This document shows positions 19,947-28,837 of a DNA stretch of 64,000 nt, piece after piece. The position numbers were made by a program, and so were the translations under genes. The stretch's first letter is position 1; each line of letters begins with the position of its first letter. The stretch lies in contig JBMNHB010000001.1 in NCBI GenBank assembly GCA_050950145.1, forward strand, positions 208,511-272,510, written 5' to 3'. A model generated the notes under the pieces. That model had not been told where the DNA came from, searched no databases, and saw nothing but the letters and a program-made list of their open reading frames with translations. The stretch comes from Candidatus Dojkabacteria bacterium. Lineage in GTDB: Bacteria; Patescibacteriota; Dojkabacteria; SC72.

Positions 19947-20963
19947 ATGAAAATCCTAGTAACAGGTGGAGCCGGTTTCATAGGCTCAAACTTCATAAAA
20001 TACTGGATGAACAAATATCCAGAAGATAAAATAGTAAACCTAGATTTACTAACATACGCAGGTAATCTAGAAAACCTAAAGGAGGTAGAGAATAATCCAA
20101 ATTATGAATTCGTAAAAGGAGACATATGTGACAAAGACCTAGTAATGGATCTAACCAAAGGTATCGATCTCATTGTACACTTCGCTGCAGAATCACATGT
20201 AGATAGAAGTATAGAAGGACCAGAAGTATTTGTTAAAACAAATGTAATGGGTACACAGAACCTTCTAGAGGCAGCAGTACAAAATGGTGGTATTAGATTC
20301 CATCATGTATCAACAGATGAGGTGTTTGGTGAATTACCGATAGATAAACCAGAATTAAAATTTACAGAAGATATGCCATATGCACCTAGAAGTCCATACT
20401 CTGCATCTAAAGCAGCATCAGACCACTTAGTCAGAGCATACTTCCATACCTTTAAGTTACCAATTACAATCTCTAACACATCAAACAACTATGGACCAAA
20501 TCAATACCCAGAGAAACTAATACCTTTGATTGTAACTAGAGCTATGATGGACCAAGAGATACCAGTATATGGAGATGGTAAACAGATTAGAGACTGGGTA
20601 CATGTATTAGATCATGTACGAGGTATTGAGTTATCAATAAAAGATGGAAAGTTAGGAGAAACATATCTCTTTGGTGGTGATGGTGAAAGAGAGAACATAT
20701 GGATTGTAAAAACAGTATTGGAATATCTTGATAAACCAGAATCACTAATAGTTCATGTAGGAGATAGGAAAGGTCATGATGTAAGGTATGCAATTGATAA
20801 CTCCAAATCAGAGAAAGAATTAGGTTACAAACCAGAAAAGAGTGTAGAAGAGTGGTTAAAGGATACAGTACAGTGGTATGTGGATAACAAGGATTGGTGG
20901 GAACCACTAAAACCAGTAGCAGACAAACAAGCAGAAAGATATTTAGAAAAAAGATTAGATTAA
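19947..20963 (+). CDS. rfbB: dTDP-glucose 4,6-dehydratase
   Basis: MKILVTGGAGFIGSNF Rossmann motif and YSASKAASDH catalytic YxxxK. Length 338 aa. Confidence 0.9.
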   Translation: MKILVTGGAGFIGSNFIKYWMNKYPEDKIVNLDLLTYAGNLENLKEVENNPNYEFVKGDICDKDLVMDLTKGIDLIVHFAAESHVDRSIEGPEVFVKTNVMGTQNLLEAAVQNGGIRFHHVSTDEVFGELPIDKPELKFTEDMPYAPRSPYSASKAASDHLVRAYFHTFKLPITISNTSNNYGPNQYPEKLIPLIVTRAMMDQEIPVYGDGKQIRDWVHVLDHVRGIELSIKDGKLGETYLFGGDGERENIWIVKTVLEYLDKPESLIVHVGDRKGHDVRYAIDNSKSEKELGYKPEKSVEEWLKDTVQWYVDNKDWWEPLKPVADKQAERYLEKRLD

Positions 20964-20982
20964 TTTAACACTCATATATATT

Positions 20983-22071
20983 ATGAAAGCACTCATATTA
21001 GCAGGTGGTAGAGGTACAAGACTTAGACCTCTTACACATACTAAAAACAAACATATGTTACCAATTGGTAACAGACCAATGATAGAAAGAATTATCAAGG
21101 ATGCAGTAGATTTAGGAATTAAAGATATCATCATCAATATCAATAAAGGTGATAAAGAAATGCCTGAACTCTTAGGAGATGGTAAAAGATTTGGTAAGGG
21201 TGTAAAGCTACAATATATTGAACAACCAGAACCAAATGGAATGATGTATCCAATTAAACTAGCTGAGAAGTTAATAGGGGATGACGAATTTCTCTTCTCT
21301 GCTGGTGATAATATTCTAACAGGTGGTCTTAAGAAACATTACGATGATTTCAAAAAGAAGAAATCAGATGCACATGTCTTAGTTGTAAGAAGACCAGACT
21401 ATCAAAACTTTGGTGTTGCTGTTATGAAGGATGATAAGATTGTACATACAGTAGAGAAACCTAAAGAGTTTGTTAGTGATCTAGTTCTCTCTGCAATCTA
21501 CTTCTTTACACCTGCTGTATTTAAAGCATTCGATCATGCTAAACCTATAGATCCAAAGGGTACAGGTAAACCAGAATACTATCCTCCAGTAATTAACAAC
21601 TGGTTGATTGAAAATGGATATACCTTTACAGCATCAGAAGTAACAGGTTGGTGGAAGGATACAGGAGCACCAGAAGACCTCATCTTAGCAAACAGATTAA
21701 TTCTTGAAAGAGAGTGTTTAGATGAGTGTAAGGGTAAGGTAAAGGATAGTCAGGTAGAAGGTAATGTTGAGATAGGGAAGGGTTCTATTGTTAAAAACTC
21801 AGTCTTAAGAGGACCAATATCTATTGCAGAGAATGTTACAGTTGAGAATGCATATATTGGACCGTTCACATCTATTGGAGAAGGTAGTGTAGTTAAAGAT
21901 GCTGAAATAGAGAACAGTATATTGATGGGTAATTGTAATGTGCATAACCTTCATGAGAGATTAGACAGTTCTTTGATTGGTTGGAATGCAGAGGTAACAA
22001 CAAAGGAATCACTTCCTAAGGCAGATACTCTACTTATCGGAGATGATTCTAAAGTGGTATTGGCTAAGTAG
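20983..22071 (+). CDS. rmlA: Sugar-1-phosphate nucleotidyltransferase, long-form glucose-1-phosphate thymidylyltransferase-like (N-terminal NTP-transferase domain plus C-terminal left-handed beta-helix)
   Basis: MKALILAGGRGTRLRPLTHTKNKHMLPIGNRPMI signature. The C-terminal hexapeptide-like repeats are typical of archaeal-type long RmlA. Confidence 0.7.
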   Translation: MKALILAGGRGTRLRPLTHTKNKHMLPIGNRPMIERIIKDAVDLGIKDIIININKGDKEMPELLGDGKRFGKGVKLQYIEQPEPNGMMYPIKLAEKLIGDDEFLFSAGDNILTGGLKKHYDDFKKKKSDAHVLVVRRPDYQNFGVAVMKDDKIVHTVEKPKEFVSDLVLSAIYFFTPAVFKAFDHAKPIDPKGTGKPEYYPPVINNWLIENGYTFTASEVTGWWKDTGAPEDLILANRLILERECLDECKGKVKDSQVEGNVEIGKGSIVKNSVLRGPISIAENVTVENAYIGPFTSIGEGSVVKDAEIENSILMGNCNVHNLHERLDSSLIGWNAEVTTKESLPKADTLLIGDDSKVVLAK

Positions 22072-22109
22072 GATTAATAGTTAATTACAACTTTTGAAAA
22101 AGAAAAAAA

Positions 22110-22159
22110 GTGGGAGGCGTCGCTCAGCACCTCGTAAGTGCAGGGTCGTATTCTCCCTC
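22110..22159 (-). terminator. Orphan intrinsic-terminator-like hairpin, read on the minus strand: GC-rich stem followed by a T7CT5 tract
   Basis: A 50-nt GC-rich island inside a very AT-rich intergenic region. On the minus strand it reads GAGGGAGAATACGACCCTGCACTTACGAGGTGCTGAGCGACGCCTCCCAC followed by TTTTTTTCTTTTTC. GGGAG/CTCCC closes the helix. Confidence 0.4.
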
Positions 22160-22306
22160 ATGATTAGTGTAATTATACCTTCTTTACTAGTCTCCTTCAA
22201 CCTTTTCTTTAATAAATATATTAACTAATAATTAGATAAAATAGTTCATTATCTTGTAGTTAAGAAAGATTGCTAATACACAGTTATTCTGTTATATTCT
22301 ACTAAG

Positions 22307-22888
22307 ATGAGAAGGAATAAAAATAAGCTAAAAAATCTAATAGTTTATATCATTTCCGAATACAATAACTCCAACCTAACAGAGACCAAACTACAAAAAC
22401 TACTCTACTTCTGTGATTTTGAATGCTATGAGATTAGTGGTAAATCAATAACAGGGTTTAAGTACAAGAAAAATCACTATGGTCCAACAATAATAGATTT
22501 AGGAGATTATCTCAAGGAGTTAAAAGAAGAAGGATATATTGAGATTATAGAAGGAGAAACAAGTTATGGTTCTCCTAAAAAAACATTTGCTCTTAAGAAA
22601 AGTATTGGAGATTTTAGAAAGGTGTTCTCAGATCTAGAACTTAAAACAATTGATGATGTAAACAATGCATATGTTGGTCTTAAGCCTACAGAGATAAGTA
22701 AGTTATCTCATTCAGATTTTCCATATCTAGCAACCAATGATAGGAAATATATAGACTATAATTTAGTTAAATATCGTGATACTGAGGAGGCAAATCAGTC
22801 CAAAGAAGACTATTCTGTTTTCTCATCTGGGGAGTTTTCCAACATTGTAGGTAAATTTGCTAAAACTCTTCAGGATAGTGGAAATTAA
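22307..22888 (+). CDS. Panacea-domain (DUF4065, SocA/GepA-like) protein, putative antitoxin
   Basis: TETKLQKLLYFCDFECYEISGKSITGFKYKKNHYGP matches the KLQKLLYxxQ...W..GPV core of DUF4065. Confidence 0.6.
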   Translation: MRRNKNKLKNLIVYIISEYNNSNLTETKLQKLLYFCDFECYEISGKSITGFKYKKNHYGPTIIDLGDYLKELKEEGYIEIIEGETSYGSPKKTFALKKSIGDFRKVFSDLELKTIDDVNNAYVGLKPTEISKLSHSDFPYLATNDRKYIDYNLVKYRDTEEANQSKEDYSVFSSGEFSNIVGKFAKTLQDSGN

Positions 22889-23261
22889 AGACTATGGAAA
22901 CAGTTTAATATCTTCTGATTTAAAGAGGCTTAAAAAACTTAGGTCTTTAGAGAAGGATTTAGAAACTTACTTCATCGCTCACAAGAATACTCTTTTAGAA
23001 AATGGTCTTCTTAGTTGTAAGATTGCAGATGGTAAAACACCAGATGGCTTAATATATTGGGTGTGTAAAGAAAGAGTTATTGTTACCAACCCTAAAACTG
23101 GTGCAAGTGATGGTTGTAGGCTGTGGTTTTTAATCATATTTGAAAGTCCTATGAAAGCTCATTATGTAAAAAGTCTCTTGTATTCTGCTAAGGAGGAAAA
23201 GAAATATCCAAAAGATAAATGTTATCAAATTATAAAGAAGGCTTTGGAGAGCATATTATAG
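22857..23261 (+). CDS. Small protein overlapping the Panacea gene by 32 nt, candidate toxin with a RelE/ParE-like fold
   Basis: Has only non-ATG start options (TTG 22857 or GTG 22878). The C-terminal segment DGCRLWFLIIFESPMKAHYVKSLLY resembles the GDYRLIYRI...HRKEVY core of RelE-family toxins. Confidence 0.35.
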   Translation: MLKLFRIVEIKDYGNSLISSDLKRLKKLRSLEKDLETYFIAHKNTLLENGLLSCKIADGKTPDGLIYWVCKERVIVTNPKTGASDGCRLWFLIIFESPMKAHYVKSLLYSAKEEKKYPKDKCYQIIKKALESIL

Positions 23262-23326
23262 CTACCTTGTTTCTGCCTATGACTCATTTTGATATAATGT
23301 AAAATAAATTCAAACTAATCATACAT

Positions 23327-23902
23327 ATGGAATTTGAAAAAGTAGAACATCTACCGGAATTGGTAGTAGTAACTCTCAAAGCTTTTCATGATGATAGAGG
23401 ATATTTTGAAGAAACATATGATGAAGATAAATTTAGAGAAGCAGGTCTTCCTACAAATTGGGTAAAAGATAATCACTCAAACTCTAAGGAAGGTGTTTTA
23501 AGAGGTATGCATTGGCAGATAGGACCAAATGCACAGGATAAGTTTGTAAGAGTGATTAGAGGTAAAGCAATTGATGTAGCTGTGGATATTAGAAAAGGAT
23601 CTCCTACATTTGGACAATTCCATATGGTTGAATTAACAGAAGATAATCATACAGGATTCTTCATACCTAAAGGTTTTGCTCATGGATTTTTAGCATTAAC
23701 TGACAATGTAGATTTTGAATACAAAGTAAGTGGTAAATATGATAAAGAGAGTGAAAGATCTTTTAGATGGAATGACCCAGATGTAAATATACCATGGGGT
23801 ACAGATACACCAATTCTTTCAGATAAGGATGCTAATGCTCCTTTGCTTGGAGAATTAAGTGATGAAGATATATTTAAACTTAGTGAAATGCTAAATGAAT
23901 AA
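23327..23902 (+). CDS. rfbC: dTDP-4-dehydrorhamnose 3,5-epimerase
   Basis: VLRGMHWQ (RGLHFQ-type) motif and cupin fold. Length 191 aa. Confidence 0.85.
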   Translation: MEFEKVEHLPELVVVTLKAFHDDRGYFEETYDEDKFREAGLPTNWVKDNHSNSKEGVLRGMHWQIGPNAQDKFVRVIRGKAIDVAVDIRKGSPTFGQFHMVELTEDNHTGFFIPKGFAHGFLALTDNVDFEYKVSGKYDKESERSFRWNDPDVNIPWGTDTPILSDKDANAPLLGELSDEDIFKLSEMLNE

Positions 23903-24785
23903 AAAAATATTAATATTTGGTGCAAACGGTATGTTAGGTTCATACCTATCAAACTATTTTGAAAAGAAAGGATATGAAGTAATCAAAAGTGATATGTTTA
24001 ATGATGAAGAGAAAAATATTTATGGTAAAGATATAACTAATGAAAAAGAATTAAAAGATTTTGTTCATGAACAAAACCCAGAATATATAATCAATTGTGC
24101 AGCATATACCAATGTTAATCAAGCAGAATCAGAACCTGAAGTAGCCAATGCTGTAAATGCTGATGCTCCTAAATATATGGCAGAGGCTGCCAAAGATTTA
24201 AATATTCCATTTATACATGTTTCTACAAATGAGGTATTTGGTGATGGGGAGTATGATGAAGAAAGTAAAGAGTTTAATCCTCTTAATGAATATGCAAAAA
24301 GTAAAAGAAGAGGAGAAGAGAATATTGAGAATGTAGGTGGTATATACTACATATTTAGAACCTCATGGTTGTATGGACCAGGTGCAAAAAATTTCATTAG
24401 ATTTGTGACAGAGACAGAGGCAACTGAAGAGAAACCTCTAACAATTGTTACAGATGAAAAGGGATGTCCAACATATGTTGGATATTTAACAAGAAGAATG
24501 GAGGAAGCTGTTGAGTCCAATATAGAACCTAGTATATATCATGTATGTAGCTCAGATGTACTTTCTAGATATGAATTTGCACTACAAATACTTGAAACTC
24601 AGGGTATAGAGAAACCAGTTATTCCAGTAGAGAAAAAAGATCTCCCACCTAGACCTGTTATATCACCTTCTAATCAGTTAATTAATACAAAGTTTGAGGA
24701 ACAACCAACATCATACGAGATGTTAGCTGAGTATGTTGCAGAGATTAAACAGGAAAAAGATGACTATTCTGAGAAAAAAGGGTAA
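23895..24785 (+). CDS. rfbD: dTDP-4-dehydrorhamnose reductase
   Basis: MNKKILIFGANGMLGSYL Rossmann N-terminus. Overlaps the rfbC stop, giving operon coupling. Confidence 0.8.
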   Translation: MNKKILIFGANGMLGSYLSNYFEKKGYEVIKSDMFNDEEKNIYGKDITNEKELKDFVHEQNPEYIINCAAYTNVNQAESEPEVANAVNADAPKYMAEAAKDLNIPFIHVSTNEVFGDGEYDEESKEFNPLNEYAKSKRRGEENIENVGGIYYIFRTSWLYGPGAKNFIRFVTETEATEEKPLTIVTDEKGCPTYVGYLTRRMEEAVESNIEPSIYHVCSSDVLSRYEFALQILETQGIEKPVIPVEKKDLPPRPVISPSNQLINTKFEEQPTSYEMLAEYVAEIKQEKDDYSEKKG

Positions 24786-24795
24786 TATATATCAC

Positions 24796-25992
24796 ATGCA
24801 TGTCATAATTGATGCAACTACAACACAAGACCAGTTTGCATATGCAGGTGTTGGGCAGTATACAAAGAATATTATTCTCTCACTTCTTAAAAATAATGCA
24901 GACATACCATTTAGTATATTAAGATTTGAAGGTAAGATCTCTACATTAGATAAGGATATATCAAAATACAAAAATGCAGATCTTGTAGATATCGGTGAAT
25001 ACAAGGTAAATGATTACAAAAATGATATATGGTATTACACACGAGTGTTACCTACGATAAAGAAAATAAGGAGAAAGGATAGTATATATTTCTGTCCATA
25101 CTTCTGGAGAAACTTCCCTTCAGATATTATGCCAACAGTTCTCTTTGTCCATGATATGAATCTACCTCTCTTTAATATGTATTCTCAACAATCACCGATA
25201 CACAACTTCATTAGAAAGATACAGTATTGGAAGACATTAAATAAATCAAAAGATTGTAAGTATATAATATGTAATTCTGATACTACTAGAAAAGACTTTC
25301 TCAAATTCTATCCAGATTATCCAGAAGAACAAACAGCTGTTACATATTTAGGTATTGATGTAGAAGAGAAGCAGATATCATTAGATAAAATACTACCTCA
25401 TGACTACAAAGAGAAAAAATATTTCATCTATCTAGGTGGTGGTATTAACAGAAGTAAGAACTCAATAGGGGTGATAAAAGGGTATAAAGTATTTCTTGAT
25501 AAGCTTAAACAAGATGGTATGGATATAGAGAAAGCACCTTATCTAATAATTGCAGGTGGTAAGTTTCAGGATACAACTAAACCAGAAGTAAAAGAATTGT
25601 ATGATTACATAGAAGAACACGGTATTGAGAAACAAGTTGTGTTTACAGGTTTCTATGAAGATAAACATGCATACTCATTATTAAACAACTCTCTTGGTTT
25701 CTTACATCTTGCACTTTACGAAGGTTTCGGTATTTCGTCTGCTGAAGCCCTAAGAGCTAAAACACCTACCATATTACATAAAAGTCCTGTATATGAAGAG
25801 GTATTTAAAGATGTATCAATGTTAGTTGATGGATTAAATGAAGTAGAGGTAGGAGATACAATATATGATATCTACAAGAATAGAGAGAAATATCAAACAA
25901 TGATACAGAAAGGATATGATCTTTCTCTTACATTCTCATGGGATAGATGTGCAGAGAAAACCTTTAAGATTTTTGAGAAGGTTAAAGTATAG
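24796..25992 (+). CDS. GT4 (GT-B, retaining) glycosyltransferase
   Basis: C-terminal EGFGISSAEALRAKTPTI is the Glycos_transf_1 EX7E-type region. The ATG at 24796 gives a typical MHVIIDATT start; the tool-called 24733 start is probably an over-extension. Confidence 0.75.
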   Translation: MHVIIDATTTQDQFAYAGVGQYTKNIILSLLKNNADIPFSILRFEGKISTLDKDISKYKNADLVDIGEYKVNDYKNDIWYYTRVLPTIKKIRRKDSIYFCPYFWRNFPSDIMPTVLFVHDMNLPLFNMYSQQSPIHNFIRKIQYWKTLNKSKDCKYIICNSDTTRKDFLKFYPDYPEEQTAVTYLGIDVEEKQISLDKILPHDYKEKKYFIYLGGGINRSKNSIGVIKGYKVFLDKLKQDGMDIEKAPYLIIAGGKFQDTTKPEVKELYDYIEEHGIEKQVVFTGFYEDKHAYSLLNNSLGFLHLALYEGFGISSAEALRAKTPTILHKSPVYEEVFKDVSMLVDGLNEVEVGDTIYDIYKNREKYQTMIQKGYDLSLTFSWDRCAEKTFKIFEKVKV

Positions 25993-26135
25993 ACAGCACA
26001 ATATTAACCACAATCTTCTATATATTAGCTGGAATACTATCTCTAGCAGGTTTAGTCCTCACAATACTATCTCTACCAGGTGTTTGGTTAATATTCCTAT
26101 CAGCAATTATTGTTGCAATAGTTAGTAAATTTCAA

Positions 26136-26483
26136 TTGATTACTTGGGGAACTTTAGCAATTCTCCTTGTTATCACTATACTGTCAACTTTTGTAGATAA
26201 TCTTTTAGGTGTTTTTGTTTCAAAAAAATCAGGAGGAAGTAACTATGGAGCTGTTGGAGCAGTAGTAGGAACTATTGTTGGTCTTGCAGTTGCCAATATT
26301 GTAGGTATGTTAATTGGTCCGTTTATAGGGGCTGTTCTTTTTGAATATCTGTTTGCTAAAAAGAATTTCAATGATAGTCTTAAATCAGGTTGGGCATCAT
26401 TTATAGGCTTCCTACTTGGTACAGGATTAAAGGTTTTAATAAATATTGGTTTAATCATATTTATTATATCTAAAGTCCTATAA
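26136..26483 (+). CDS. DUF456-like small glycine-rich membrane protein. The frame is open upstream to 25986 with no ATG/GTG/TTG
   Basis: GAVGAVVGTIVGLAVANIVGMLIGPFIGAVLFEY glycine-zipper helices. The in-frame upstream extension encodes further TM sequence (LPGVWLIFLSAIIVAIV). Confidence 0.45.
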   Translation: MITWGTLAILLVITILSTFVDNLLGVFVSKKSGGSNYGAVGAVVGTIVGLAVANIVGMLIGPFIGAVLFEYLFAKKNFNDSLKSGWASFIGFLLGTGLKVLINIGLIIFIISKVL

Positions 26484-27067
26484 ACATATACATTCCCAAA
26501 TATATCCTCTATCACATATATCTTCTTTTTAAACTCATAAATCTTTTTAACTTTCATTTCTCTTTTCAATTTTGGCTTTAATATCTGTTTCCTTGGTAAA
26601 AATATCTCTCTTTTCTCTCCACTTTCCATATCTATCTTGTAAGAATGTTGTTCTAAAAAATCCATAGCTGTAACAGCAACTATCTTTTCTTCATTCATAT
26701 ATATTGGTCTAATTGTTTCAAAAAATCTCATCTCTTTAACTAAATTCCCATCCCTATCCTTTACTCTAAACAGTGTAGAAAACTCATCCTCACTCTGTAT
26801 AATGTAATGTTCAAACTCACAAGTAATAATCTCCCCATTACTTTGTACTCCTACAAACTCATTAGGTTTTCTCTCTAGTATCTTGTCATATGACCTACTA
26901 TTGGTATTGTACTTTAATACTTTTTCATCTTGTACAAAGAGAATATTTTCTTTATCTAAAAATATGACCTGTTGTGGTGACACGATATTTTCTACTAGAT
27001 AGAATTCATTTGCGATGGGGGTAGTAAGTAAAATACTAAGTAGTAGTTTTAATATATTAAAATTCAT
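26243..27067 (-). CDS. Hypothetical secreted protein with a signal peptide. Its last ~80 codons overlap the DUF456 gene antisense
   Basis: Internal Met at 27067 gives MNFNILKLLLSILLTTPIANEF signal-like N-terminus. The C-terminal PT-rich tail is antisense to glycine codons on the plus strand, so it is likely not real. Confidence 0.35.
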   Translation of the reverse strand: MNFNILKLLLSILLTTPIANEFYLVENIVSPQQVIFLDKENILFVQDEKVLKYNTNSRSYDKILERKPNEFVGVQSNGEIITCEFEHYIIQSEDEFSTLFRVKDRDGNLVKEMRFFETIRPIYMNEEKIVAVTAMDFLEQHSYKIDMESGEKREIFLPRKQILKPKLKREMKVKKIYEFKKKIYVIEDIFGNVYVYRTLDIINMIKPIFIKTFNPVPSRKPINDAQPDLRLSLKFFLANRYSKRTAPINGPINIPTILATARPTIVPTTAPTAP

Positions 27068-27083
27068 TTTTTCTTTACTAAAA

Positions 27084-28760
27084 TTATCTCCCTGGATGTG
27101 GATTATCTCCACTCAATCTTCCAGGATACTGTTTGTAACCAACAGTTAGAATCTTGTCCCAATCTTGTTCAATATATTCAACTGGATTAACATGAGAACT
27201 CTGTTGAGCATTCTCTCTTAATTCAAAATGTAAGTGATATGCTAATGGTTGACAATTCCAATATCCACTATTTCCTGTCTTTGCTACAATATCTCCTTCC
27301 TTAACTCTTTTACCTACATCTGTAAAACTGTCTTCTAGATGGAAATATACAGAATGCATTCCGTTATCATGTTTAACAGTAAGATAGTTGCCTCCAGAGA
27401 GGCATTTGCCATAGAAACTATCCCAACCTTTTCCAACAACTAAACCATCTCCTACAGCTAAGGTGTCTTTTTTTACTACACTAAAATCTATACCTGTATG
27501 AGGTTTTTGATAATCAGTATATCCATGCCACTGTGATACTCCAACAATCTGATTAAATGGGAAAATGAAAGGTTTTGTTCTCTCCTGTACTTCTTCCACC
27601 GATATTGTATACTTCTCTTTCTTGCTTTCTAAAATATTAAACTGTGAGATTCTAAATGCAGTAATATATTCTAAATCAATACTTTCTACATTCTCAGTCT
27701 TAGAAATCTGAGTTGTTAAAAAGAAGTTGTTTTGTGATATCCCAAAGGAAAGTGGAGAGTATTTCTTACCATTTAGTAGTATGCTCATATGGATATTGGG
27801 ATATATATGTAAGTTTTCTGTTGTAAGGTATTTTTCTTTACACTCTTTCCCTAGTAGTAATTGAAGAATATTGTTTTTACATGTGTATATATCAATATCT
27901 ACAAATATATCTCTGTATATATCACCTCTAACAAGAATCTCTTTGTATGCTCCTCTATCTATAACCTGTGCTGTGAGATTTTCTAAACTAGGAATATCAC
28001 ATTGAATCTTTCTCACACTTCCATATGTTTGTATATATTTGTATCTACACTCTGTTTTTTTAACTTGAGATCCTTTTACCTCTCTCTGTTCTGTAAGATT
28101 CCATGCAAAAGTTTCTTCTTGATTCTGTATTACTTTTTTAACAAATTTTTTACTTCTTTGTTCTACTGATGGACTTACAATCTCTTGTATCTTCTGTTTC
28201 TTCTCTTTTGCTTTTTCTTGTGGAATAGTTGTTGGTTCTGTAATTGGATTTTCAATAGGTAGAGGTTTCTCTTTGTAAAATCTCTTGTACCAAAATTCTG
28301 GAATATCCATTCCAATACCAAGAACAAGAATATCTGTGGCATACATATGTTCTTTCTTCTGTTCAGTATAGAAGAATTCTTTGTCGTAGTAATATACCTG
28401 TAAAGCTATAACACTTTCTTGAAATGGTTGTATGAGAAAGTTTGTTTCTTCTGTACTTCTTCCTGAGTATCCCATATGGAATTGTCCTTCTAGATAGTAG
28501 TAATATACAACATATATATAATCATTCTGTGGATTTTTGTTTCTCCAAGATATTAATATCTCTTCTCCAAGTGGAAATATATCTCCATAGTTTGGAGAGA
28601 GTAGTTCTACATCTTTGTTCTTCTCTATCAACCCTTCATTGATTCCGGGTACTTGAACTTGCTCTTCTTGAGCAATGGATGGAATGTGATTGTAGAGGAG
28701 AAAACCTAAAAAGAAAGCGATTAATATAGTTGTAGATATATGAAGATTTTTCTTTTGCAT
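27084..28760 (-). CDS. M23-family (LytM-like) metallopeptidase with an N-terminal signal/TM and a long N-terminal domain
   Basis: C-terminal HTGIDF (HxxxD) and HLHFEL (HxH) motifs. N-terminal hydrophobic segment. Confidence 0.75.
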   Translation of the reverse strand: MQKKNLHISTTILIAFFLGFLLYNHIPSIAQEEQVQVPGINEGLIEKNKDVELLSPNYGDIFPLGEEILISWRNKNPQNDYIYVVYYYYLEGQFHMGYSGRSTEETNFLIQPFQESVIALQVYYYDKEFFYTEQKKEHMYATDILVLGIGMDIPEFWYKRFYKEKPLPIENPITEPTTIPQEKAKEKKQKIQEIVSPSVEQRSKKFVKKVIQNQEETFAWNLTEQREVKGSQVKKTECRYKYIQTYGSVRKIQCDIPSLENLTAQVIDRGAYKEILVRGDIYRDIFVDIDIYTCKNNILQLLLGKECKEKYLTTENLHIYPNIHMSILLNGKKYSPLSFGISQNNFFLTTQISKTENVESIDLEYITAFRISQFNILESKKEKYTISVEEVQERTKPFIFPFNQIVGVSQWHGYTDYQKPHTGIDFSVVKKDTLAVGDGLVVGKGWDSFYGKCLSGGNYLTVKHDNGMHSVYFHLEDSFTDVGKRVKEGDIVAKTGNSGYWNCQPLAYHLHFELRENAQQSSHVNPVEYIEQDWDKILTVGYKQYPGRLSGDNPHPGR

Positions 28761-28837
28761 ACATAGAATCTACACTACAAAAATTAAATCTAGATTAACT
28801 CGGAAAAGTTCTGTTTGGGTGGTATAATCAGAATTGT

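Noticed and set aside
22110-22159. GC-rich island considered as a tRNA fragment or riboswitch
   Set aside because: It cannot be folded into a cloverleaf and has no T-loop or anticodon arm. No known riboswitch consensus was recognised. It is reported instead as a terminator-like hairpin.
24733-24795. N-terminal 21-codon extension of the GT4 ORF (MLQRLNRKKMTILRKKGNIYH)
   Set aside because: It overlaps the rfbD 3' end. A canonical MHVIIDATT GT4 start exists at 24796, so the extension is probably not translated.
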